From: Kudoa neothunni
Taxonomy: Eukaryota > Animalia > Cnidaria
Assembly: GCA_964304625.1 (NCBI GenBank)
Contig: OZ199838.1
Coordinates: forward strand, 7,334,035-7,398,034
Reading direction: 5' to 3'
Length of the DNA stretch: 64,000 bases
The notes beneath the pieces are model-generated. The model searched no databases. It saw only the letters and a program-made list of their open reading frames with translations, and was not told the origin of the DNA. The number at the start of each line of letters is the position of its first letter. The first letter of the stretch is position 1. Below, piece after piece: positions 37,748 through 52,625 of this stretch. A program made the position numbers and the translations under genes.

Positions 37748-38314
37748 ATAGAATCGTATCTGTAGTATTATAAACAGTCGGTAGTTGTCGGTGTATAGTT
37801 TATACGTGTCTTGGTGGCGCTATTACATTGGTGACAGGTATTGGAGGAAATGAAAATAAAAGAAATTGACTTTAACGAACCCATAATTGACCAACTCGAT
37901 GAAATAGACGCCATCACTAAAGTAAAAGGGTACAATGTGGAACAAACTTATCCCGATGTAACCTTGGCGGTTCCAAAACAATTAAGGTGTATCATTCCAA
38001 GTAGCGGTGTGATGGGAGAAGGAGATCCCATCGCAATGATTAGGACTAATATATTAGCCTATGCTTCATCTATTACAAAACCGGAAAGGAAGTGGGACGA
38101 GTTTTTGGCGGCTACCAGAAAACCGGATGAAAAGATGGATGAATATACAATTCGACTAACATCCATTCTCACTTGTGCTAGACCCAACTCGACCAAGACA
38201 CGTATAAACTATACACTGACTCACAACGACAACTACCGATTGTTTGCAGTACTACAGTATCTATTAAAGTTTCTGATCATCTTCCGATTCTATAATTACG
38301 TTTTCGGGTATTAA
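37748..38314 (+). mobile_element. LTR-retrotransposon fragment: LTR 3' end, primer-binding-site (PBS)-like sequence, truncated gag
   Basis: ...TATTACA (37827) is followed by TTGGTGACAGG (PBS-like). ORF 37841-38314 contains gag-like KWDEFLAATRKPDEKMDEYTIRLTSIL and is cut by an inverted LTR-derived copy from 38192. Confidence 0.6.
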
Positions 38315-38394
38315 ATTTAAATTTATCGTTGCGTTATTGCAATGTTTTAGCACGAACACTCACTCATATTTAATGTCTAGTAAAGATCAATACA

Positions 38395-41300
38395 CAGTCG
38401 ATATTGCGTAATTTAAGATTTTCATTATGATAATAATTGCATTGGAATTTAATTTTAAAATATTATCATAATTACAATTAATAAATTATTCATTTCAAGA
38501 AAAATAACGAAAAGATATTGTTTCTATGTGTTCATGTGTCAGTATTGCGTAACGAAAAAATCAATATGACTCGATATTGCGTGATTTATCTTCTAGATGT
38601 GGAGAAAGCAGCGTATAATTTCTACGAAAATCGGAATAATGCAGGATTCCAATTGAATAAAAACAATAAAAGATACCAATAATATGACGGGTGAGAAGTT
38701 TATACTCAGTCGTATAGTTAGTTTTATTCTATTTTAATATTTATCTTCGGGGACCTTCAATTCTTGACAGGTTTCTTTCTCATGAAACCGAGTTGAAAAA
38801 TTCATGCGTTACAAGAAATAGGAAGATTCATCAACAAAAATGAAGAAGTTTATCAACAACTGCACGAATGGTTACATTATTTCTGGAGACAATTCTTGAA
38901 ATGGTACCATCATTGAAAAAATGAACGACGTTTAAAATTTTACAGCGAATAAGGATGGGTTAGAGGAGTTTAAAAAATATTTAAAATCATTTGTAAACAT
39001 TTTCATCGTGAAGCTGTGAGCATTATTCTTATATTTATTGATTTGTGGATTTATGAAAATAAAAATTAGATATACACGTATAATCCAAGAGACAATAAAT
39101 ATTGATAAAACTGCTTTGTTTTATTAACTATTACAGAACAGTAATCATGTATTAAAGGAAGAAAATGATATAAAGATCAAAAACATTCAAAAAAGATATC
39201 GATTTTAGAATCATGCTCTTCAAGTTGAGAAACATTTCCTTTATTCGTAATTGGAAAACGTCAAAATCCTACTTGTTTCAGGGGGTCCAAAATTTACCTT
39301 TTGAGTATTATGCTCCACAGAATTCCTGGTTGACTCACGTTATTTTTACCAGACAATGAAAGAGCTAAATTATAAAATGAAATCAGAAACTAAAAATATT
39401 AATCTACTTGAGCACATTCTCAGCACATCCGAAAGACAAACTGTTTTAGAAATTTAAAGCTTCACGTTTTATCTAAAAATACAACAGTTGTTTTGCAACC
39501 ACTAGATTTAAGAGTGATTTCATTGCTTTAAATTTATATATAAAAAAGGCAGTGACTATTCTCATGGAAACGAATAACTCCTCCGTTATAGGCGATATTT
39601 TAAATATGATTTCATATTTGAATTGAGTTATTTTTAATCTAATTTTTTATGTGAAAGTTGTTTGAAATTTAAAGAATAAAAATTCAACACTTTGTCTGTC
39701 CTATTTACACTGTTCACGAGTAGTACACTCACGTTTTTGAGTCTAATATTATGTAATATAAACATTATAATTGAAATGAAATGTAAACATATCTAATCGT
39801 GGTTAGAAACCTTTAGTTTAATACGTTTTCAACGCACGCAGTTTAACTTAGAATAAGTCGTCTCCAATTATTTACGAAACATGTACGTTTCTATCTAAAC
39901 ATTTTTTAATATAAATTTAACAAAATTGTCGGTAATTAATGGATATTAATTGGATTCAAACTATTTTACACCGATGTAAACCACTTTTCATGTGTATCTG
40001 TAAGATTGTACCATAATTTCGGTGAATTTTCGTTGTTTTATCTCTACAAATGTATTTACTTTAATCAGAAGTATGAGAAAGGTTTTCATGGTGCCTATTC
40101 GTGAATACAGAACCCATAAATACAGGAACCTATGAGTTTAAATTTTAGAGTAAACCTATACTTGATAATTTAAACTCATTTGTCAATTTTTAACAAGCAG
40201 GGTGATTCTAAATTTTCTGCATTAATTCCTCTGGTATCGTCTCAATGGGCAAATCTATAAAATGAACATTTTTGAATGGTGATTTTTGGGGTACGTTTGT
40301 TTGGCTATTGTAAAGCGAGCCAACGGAGAAATGTAGTAAGTATTATAATAAACAATGTTGGAGTTAAAATAACGGTTAATTCGTCCTTGAGCGTTTTGAA
40401 TTGTTACGAAAAATTTCATTTTAAGATTGCAAACATTTGTTTCCTGACACTGAGGGATGTGTAATTTTTATAGTTCAGAAAAATCAATTTTCACTCCAAT
40501 GAAGAATTGATCAACTTATCTACTAGCTATGGTTGCTTAGCTGTCCGCCCAAAAAATTTCTCAAAAATAACCACATTTGAAATTTTAACAGTACAATAAT
40601 ATTTTTTAATAAAAGGTATAAGTTTGAGAAAATCAATTTAAAAGCGCTTCATAGGAAGCAATAATGACACCACTTTTCAGGCTTATTCCATGCAATTGAT
40701 ATTTTATATCTTACAAAAGCTTAGATTTCACTTCCACAATTAAATGTAATATATAAACTTGCCCTACAGATTTCAGTTATTTCAAAGTTTTTTTTTTAAT
40801 TTAGAAATAATCTCACGAAATAGAACGTCCCACAACCAAATTGGATTCACGCGCATATTCAGACATGGTGGGTGACACAAGAATGCACGAGCAGAACGGT
40901 TTCTAACCACGATTAGATATGTTTACATTTCATTTCAATTATAATGTTTATATTACATAATATTAGACTCAAAAACGTGAGTGTACTACTCGTGAACAGT
41001 GTAAATAGGACAGACAAAGTGTTGAATTTTTATTCTTTAAATTTCAAACAACTTTCACATAAAAAATTAGATTAAAAATAACTCAATTCAAATATGAAAT
41101 AATATTTAAAATATCGCCTATAACGGAGGAGTTATTCGTTTCCATGAGAATAGTCACTGTCTATAAAATATAATGTGTGGCCATAAGATAGTATATAATG
41201 ATTCGTCGAATATTGAATATACTTTTCTTGATGCAATTTTGACTCTAAATTAGTATTAAACAACATTTCACCAAAAATTATGTAAAATTTGTTAAAAGAT

Positions 41301-41929
41301 CATCTATTTTTTGTGAAAGTAAAAACTTGTTCAACCATCTAAAATTATATCTATTGTGATATGGCATAGAAGATGAAAAGAATTGATAAAGTTTATGAAA
41401 AAGCCTAATTATAAATTAAAAATATAATTTTAATATTTTAAAGTTTGTTAAAATACAAGGGAGACGAAATTTGATGATGATGATGATGATGATAGCGTAT
41501 CTAATTGTGAGGACTAAAATTACGAGGTCGTATCAACCGCACAAATCCAATTGAGAATGAAATCGAATTTGATGATGAACAAACTAAAGTTTCGTTAAAG
41601 AAATGAAACATGCAGTAAGTAGTTTAAGGAATGCATTTATTCAATAAGATCCGTCTGTAATCTTCGATCTCCATCCAATAATGGATCGAATATTAAAAAT
41701 ATCATCTCAAAAATTGTATTAATCTAAAATAACTTATTTTTTCTATAAAAATTGAAATTATTGGTTTAAAATAATTTTCTTATATTTAAGATAATTAAGT
41801 GACGTTCATTGGAAATAAGATAATCGTATAAAACAAGTACAAAAAAGTATATTCCTTTGTATGAGCGTGTCTTGATATTGCATAATTTTTGGGAGGGAGG
41901 AAAAATTACGCAATATCGAATCTCGACTG
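38395..41929 (+). mobile_element. pogo/Tigger (TIGD-like) degraded transposon
   Basis: Ends CAGTCGATATTGCGTAATTT and AAATTACGCAATATCGAATCTCGACTG|TA. Internal remnants NIDKTALF, IGKRQNPTCFRG, EYYAPQNSWLT and KNTTVVLQPLD (~39095-39510). Confidence 0.8.
39548..41161. mobile_element. Non-autonomous Mutator-like element with 264-bp TIRs
   Basis: 39548-39811 and 40898-41161 are inverted copies, with two mismatches seen by eye. 9-bp TSD TATAAAAAA / TATAAAATA. Confidence 0.88.
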
Positions 41930-42091
41930 TACTCACAATTAATTACTTAATAGTTCAAGATATATCTTGAAATAAAGTTTAAATCTCCTAACAATGTGCG
42001 ACAATGTTTACTGAGTAATTATGTAATCGTGTACCGTTAAACAATCAGATGTGATGTTGTTCAATATCGTAAATGTTTAAACATTGCATAG

Positions 42092-42282
42092 CAGCGGTTC
42101 CCGCATCCCTACCGCTAAGGGATGCGAACTATGGGCTTAGGGGAGGGTAAAAGGTACGGCCACAATAGAAAATAATTTTTGAGAAATTTGAAGTCAGTTA
42201 CACTTTATCTTATTCAAGGAGGTACGAATTTCGTTTTGTCATCAAATAGGGGTGGGAGTCCAATTATAGTTAGGAAGCGCTG
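42092..42282. mobile_element. Small hAT (Charlie/MER5-like) MITE
   Basis: CAGCGGTTCC ... GGAAGCGCTG ends; internal 9-bp stem CGCATCCCT/AGGGATGCG (42102-42126); TSD only partly matching. Confidence 0.5.
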
Positions 42283-42789
42283 CAGCATGATATAATCTGA
42301 ATAGGACATATCATTAAAAATATAAGTATTAATGCCACATAAAAAATAATGTTATTATTTATTGTTTGCAAGTTTTCAATAGAAACCCAGGATTTTTCAA
42401 GAAATGAAAAAAACCCAAGCCCTGGCAGCCCTAGACACGCACGGACAAATCAGCTTTTTGTGTATATATATATATGATTTTTATATTGAATTTTAGGCAC
42501 AATTACAACTTTTCAAATATTTCATTTCATATGATGCCCAATTTTATAAAAAATAACAAAGAATAATTAATATGAAATTAAAATTTTATTTATGGATGAC
42601 ATCCCAACCAAAATATCGTTTTCTTTTCTTAGCTTCATAGAGTAATTACGAAACGAGAGGACTACCATTGATTAACGATACGGCTATGTTACGAGCAAAA
42701 AGGAAGTCGTTTTACACCAAATATTGTAACAGTTAAATTTGATAATGTTGTTAGTAAGCATATATATGGTAAATAGCTTTATTATTTAG

Positions 42790-45109
42790 TTATAATTCGG
42801 TAATTTTAAAACGAGATTTCACTTTTACCATATAGATACATATTCCAATTGATATGAGTATAATTATTATCACTATTGGAGCAACAATTTTGGCCAGTGA
42901 GGAAGATTTTGATTCATTCTCGCTGTTAATAGGTGTAGTTCTTTCTATAGAATTGTTCTCATTTGAGGGTTTCACACCGATCTCATCGTTTTGTAATTCT
43001 CTCAAACTTCCCTCATCATTTTGTGGAGATTCGGTGGCTTCCTCATTTTTTCGAGAAGACTCATTTGAATTATCATCCTTTTGCGGAGACTCGATAGCTT
43101 CTTCATTTTCTCGAGAAGATTCACTTGCCTCATTACTATTCTGGGAAACATCGCCGTTTGTGTAAGAGTCGCTAGAATCAATATTTGTAACTGGCTTATT
43201 GCTATCTTCGTCAATTTGTGGGGTTTCTCTTCCAATATCTACATATACTTGAGAATTGTCATCATTCATCTCTAATAAACTTTGAACACAGAATATTAAA
43301 ATAAATCACGATAGTTACCATTCCAGTATTCTTAAGCTAGTGTGATGTTTCATAAATTGCGATTGCCACAAGATTTCACCTCTCTAGAATAAAATTTCCT
43401 ATATTTAAATATTTACATATCCCACTATACCATAAATCTATAAAGATAATTATCGTTTGTGGTCACGTTGGAAAAAAATGAAAGCAGGGTAAACAATACA
43501 TCCTGTAAATCACATCATAGAAATAATCTTCGGCTTCTGAGGATGTCAATAATGATATATCCATTCCATTTTTTGGTGATAAATTAGATTGATTCATCAA
43601 CGTTAGCAAATCGTGCAAAATCAAATGGTTACTTTTGTATGCCAACTTTGCGTAAAAAACTATACATCTAAAATGAATAATATAAACGAGTATATAATAT
43701 TTAATGATTGAAAATTAATTATATGTTATTGCTATACATCGAAGTATCTGGTTCCAGATTTTCTTGGAAAGTTTGTTTCAATCAATCGTAGTGTTTTATT
43801 ATTCCATGGATGATCCTTATTTGAAACCAATAAAGTATTTTTTATTGTCTCGACACATCTCAGAAAATCATATTTGCCATTAATATTGATCGCGTTTGAA
43901 AACTTCTCTTCATCTAATCCTCTCTGTGATAACCAAGATATGTATTGCTGGTTATATAAATTTATGGTTATATTTATCAAGAAGCAAGGAAACTCTATGG
44001 AAATTTGGCCATTATTATCATCATATTTTCCAAACTAATGAATAAAAGTTGTTATATTTTAAAAATAAATAATAATTGGAATTACCAAAATGTGTTCGAA
44101 TATTACCATAGGTACTATATGATAAACACCAATTTCGGGTATATAAATTGAGAAGAATTCAGCTTCCTTTGATGCGGTTTCATAAGTGCCTATATCTTCA
44201 TTCTGAGAATTGTTTGCGGTCATATATCCCAACGAAAACACCTCCTCATCCAACATTATATAACCATTGTCTTCATTTATCTATTATCTGATATATTGGC
44301 TGAAGTGTAATTAACAGCGACAATTATATTATATAAATAATCATAATAATATAGATATAATAGTTTATAATCACTAAATAATTGAATATATCTTAAATAC
44401 CGTTTTACTGAAGAGAGGTCCATCTTCCTATATGGGGTTAATATGAAAAAGTATTCAACTCCATTTATTTGAACCACTTACTTGCTTATACCAATGTAAT
44501 CTTTCATTAGCTCCCACATATTTATCAAAGGTTAATTCTGATGTTGTCAATTGTGAGTAATGTATTGAAAAATTGTTGTTATTGATAGTTAGTTTTCGAT
44601 CTATCATTTCCTTTATTAACGAAACATCATACAAACCGGTCTGCATCCTGGATAATGTAATAGGTAAGTCAATCAATTTTCAAAATAAACTATTACCGAT
44701 AGTCTAAATTTTTATTAGCTATTACAAAAGTAACGTTGGCTTTAGTAAGCCCATTATCCAGGACAAATTTCTTCAGACAATCGTTTTCTTGTTCAACTCT
44801 TGATTTTATGCTACTATCCAACACTATAATTGTTTTAAAAATCAACTAAGATTTCTTTATGAGATACGTGTGCAACAAGATTTTGCTTCTCTTTTACAAT
44901 TTACCCCAAAAAATTTTGATAAGTCAGAATAACATGAATATTGTTGTACGCATAAATTGTCCGATTTAACATAAAACATCAGCTCCTTTAAAAACATCAA
45001 GTTTTACAAATATCAATAAAAACAAATCTACAGTTGTATCTTCAAAGTCTTCATTTGTAATACTATGATAATATGCAACCAATATTGAATATACTAATAT
45101 ATAAAACAT
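42790..45109 (-). CDS. Lineage-specific type-I membrane protein, multi-exon, possibly frameshifted or a pseudogene
   Basis: Signal-peptide-like MFYILVYSILVAYYHS at 45109 and several GT-AG bounded exons. The last exon has an acidic S/E/N stalk with a 20-aa tandem repeat, TM helix IVAPIVIIIILISIGICIYMV and a short basic tail. Apparent frame break near 44680. Confidence 0.6.
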
Positions 45110-47210
45110 TCCGTTTTAACGATATTAATGTTAAATTACTGCAATCGATGATAAACTTAATCCAGTACTAATATAGTATCTATAATAGAATATCCATAAA
45201 ACTAATATTTTCACATATCTACTTAATTATTGTATATATCACTTTTTTGTTTTTTCCTTTTATAAATTTCAAAAAATATTAATTTTACTACCAGAGTTTA
45301 ATCTAAATGATCAAAAGTAAATAATATTAAAAGCATCGATGACTATTAACATTTATTGCTATTATTAATGTAATCCCAATGATCATTTTCGTGTTATTTA
45401 TTGGAAAAATTACAGTTATATAGTTTTATTATTTAACCATTTCACTAAGATCATGAATAAAAACATACATAGTGATTAATGAAAATTTATATTGCAAAAG
45501 TTATAATAATTGATCAATTATTATAACTGACTCCAAATCTCGGCTTTGGCCGGAGGTGAACTTACTCTTCATTAGTGAGAGTTAAAATTATCGAAATCTA
45601 CTTAATTGCTGCAATTAAAAGACAGATAAATGTGATGATTAAAATATAATTTGGTAGTATTTTTAAGATTATTGTATTAAATGAATGAAAAGTTAAAATC
45701 GATTCATTTTAATCCATCTAAAACTAATCTTTGGCCTAGATAAAACTTGTGTCTAAATAATGTTATATCAATCAACTATATCTCCAAGTTAAACTTCCAA
45801 AATTTTTAAAAAGTATTCTAAATAAATACTGTATTGACATTGCTGCTTTAAAAATAAATTTTAACAGCCAACCTAAATGAAACCGTAACATGAATTTTAA
45901 ATTTCAAAAAGATTAATTTAGCTTATCTAGCTTTTAATTTAAATTTTTCAGAGTCAAATAAAAAATATTTATCAATTGGTTATACTGATAGTAATGCTAG
46001 TCATAATTTCAAACGTTCGTGTCATGATATTTATAAACAACACGCATAAATTATATTAATAAAGTGATTATTTCTATTTAAATTCAATAAAATTTATTAT
46101 TTTTAATTATATTAAAAAGGTATATTAAATTTTAATGTTCTGTATAATATTTGGCAATTGCAACGAAGAGCTCTACAACCATTACGTCAGTTGCATTGCT
46201 GGGACCTCCACATGCATAAGTTAACAACGCAAATGGCTAGTTTCCAAATTTTTGTAGTTATTAGTTATACTGTCGTTCTCCTATGAGTTCATAATTATGC
46301 AATCTATTATAAAGAATTAATATCTTAGATTGTATTTGTTCACTTAAATTCATTTGTTGGCAATCAATCACATGTCTAACCTTTAGTAGCTAATTATATT
46401 TTTTACGAATACAATAAAGTGTATTAAAAATGTCGGAGGCTTAGATATAATAGGTTTAATATTATAATAATTGGTGATTTTATTAAGCATGGTCTAATTA
46501 ATCTTCGTGGCGTCTCTATAATACCATATCACATGGCGCACCAATATTTTCTCTTTTGATACAAACGCTTTGTTGAAATTCCTATTCACTCTGAATAAAA
46601 TTAAATGTTGAGCTTGTAAACTTTAAACAACCAAGGTTAAGTTTATTTAAAACTGTAGGGCATCCAATAACACAAACAGTTCAATCAACTTACTAATTAA
46701 AATTAAATTAAAATTAACATTCCAATTATATTTAATTATTAAAAACAATCAACTATTTAATTAATCCATCAAATTAAAGCCGGGCTATCGTCATTAATAA
46801 TGACCGTAGAATGCCTTTGAGGTTCAATTTAGAAAAAGTAGAAATATATATACAAAATAACCGCTAAATATACACTGCGTTATTTCGGAAGACTCCAAAA
46901 TCCCCACACATGCGTTATAATATCTCAAAAAATTAATAAATTAATAATGATACATTCTCAAAGACGTCTAAATTATTATAACTAAATTTTATTATCTCTA
47001 GTAAAGTTTTAACAAAAATTACAAACGATCAATCTTACGAATTATTGATGATACAATTCATCTAAAGAAAAATCCAATCTAAATTTATCGCATCTAAAAA
47101 GCGCTTGGTAAAAAAACTACTAAACTTAAATTTATGACAATCTAATTGGGAAAGAAATACACAAAGGTGTGATAAAATATTCAAAAACGGTTCAATTTAA
47201 AATAGTATGT

Positions 47211-50780
<3,570 letters not shown>

Positions 50781-52148
50781 CTGATAAATGTCATTAAATA
50801 TGACTGAATAGATAAATAGTTAACTACCTAATCAACGTCTAAATGTATGACAATGTTCACAACAAAAACGTTCTCGTCGTCAATCTACGGTGATTGAATA
50901 ATAAACTAATATTTAGGTAAATCCTCACGATCGAATAATAGTTTTCGCTGGACACCAACTAAACTGTTCCCAAATATAAGCTTATTATGATATGTAAACA
51001 CTCGATAAGATAGAGTCAATGGTTGATATTTGTAAGTGGCGGTAATTCGCTAACTCTTCAATATATAAAATATAGAGCTTTAGTAAACATCGAATGATGC
51101 TTCAACTATCAAATACAATAGATTTTACTTGGAGCTTTGTTTTTTGGGAAATAAAATAAGTGAAAACGCATTATCTGAAAATTAGGCGCAATTTTTTTTA
51201 TTATAAATAAACGGATTATTAGTCCACATAGATTGTTGCATGTCATTAGTTGATTTATTCATTAATTTAATATCTACGTATGTATTCTGTAGTCATATTT
51301 GATAAAATAGATAGCTATCTAATTCCCCAATGTGTATTGAAGTGTTGATTATTGTGAGATGATTGCATCAAATTATAAATAGATTAATATTATTATTACG
51401 ATGAGTATTGAAAACATAGACGAAGTTATAAGTTTTGATACTTTGAAAAATAACTTTATTTTATTGATAAAAACAATAAACAATGTTATCTAAGCATAAA
51501 AGCGGTAATTTACCAACACTACCAAACAGCTATTCGGCCACATTGGATGCGAAACATCAAAACACCATAGAATATTAACGAGCGTTATCAAAATATTATC
51601 TGACGGAGTAATAATCTATTTTAATGTAATTTGTTACGAATATAAAACCATGTGAGCTGATTAGCGTTTTAAGATATAGAATAGATCGAATTTATCAACC
51701 ATTCCCCTTATAAATATACTCTGGAGAATACACGGCGTCAGGAAAATAACCTATTTTCAAATTATCGTAACAACATGAATATGCATTCCAATCATATATG
51801 GCAATCGCTACAAACAACTGCAAACTATAGCATTGATCGAAGAGAACTTTTTCGTTAAGACAAAATTATTTTCAATTGCACTACGAGATAATGATTCCCA
51901 TCAATTGGATTGAAAATTCTCGTCTAATTTACAACAATGTCTATTTCTCCATGTTTACTCTGAACAAGAATAGTATTTGTATGAACGAATACTTTTCGAT
52001 AACACGGCAACATATATTTTAACCATTTCGACAACTTACTCCAGCAAATTTCAGCCAAACAAAAGCTTTAACAAAACTTCCACCAATATACAAAAACCAA
52101 TATCAAGTAATTCCAAATTAGCATGCAACTATCACTCAGCGCTAATCA

Positions 52149-52625
52149 TTAATTGTGTTTGTTTTCATTATTCGTCACTGTATTAACTCGTTGATCCAAT
52201 ATCTTTTGAACCTGCTTCAATAAATCAGCCTTCACATTATCCGGCACCAGGCCTTAATTTATTTAAACGATAAATCAGTTCATATTGTGCAAATATCTTC
52301 ATATGTCTAAGTTACTTTGCGCAATGGGAGTGATCATAGAAATAAGATCCTCTAACGAAACATTATCACCTTTCTTCAATGATTTAGCAGATTCTAAACT
52401 ATAATATAGCATTATTAGGTTGTAATAACTCACCAACGCAGCGAACTCTTAACACATCTCTCCATCCACATTGAATAAGTTGATCTTTCAGGTCTTCAGA
52501 TAAACTAAACGAATTAGATTAGATTAGAAAACTAAAAATATGAAATAATATTACGCTTCAATTTCTTCGTCTGAGAGTGCTATTTGATTAAGAATATCGC
52601 CAATATTCTTCTCGTCAGCCGCCAT
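52149..52625 (-). CDS. ENY2: ENY2/Sus1 (SAGA DUB module / TREX-2 subunit), 4 exons
   Basis: Spliced product MAADEKNIGDILNQIALSDEEIEALSEDLKDQLIQCGWRDVLRVRCVESAKSLKKGDNVSLEDLISMITPIAQSLVPDNVKADLLKQVQKIL... matches ENY2 (LIECGWKD...[24 protein letters not shown]). Missed by the ORF track. Confidence 0.9.

Larger units (their letters stand above)
37658..42433. mobile_element. hAT-type element hosting several nested insertions
   Basis: TIRs CAGGGTTGCCAG / CTGGCAGCCCTA, AAACCCA subterminal repeats at both ends, 8-bp TSD GACACACA (37650-37657) / GACACGCA (42434-42441). Confidence 0.75.

Noticed and set aside
45530-45570. CGGCTTTGGCCGG stem resembling a Helitron/Helentron terminus
   Set aside because: No matching second end or coding remnant could be established.
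51400-52186. Possible plus-strand gene between RSK and ENY2 (includes ORF 51977-52186)
   Set aside because: No consistent spliced frame or recognisable motif could be built; it overlaps the ENY2 3' end.
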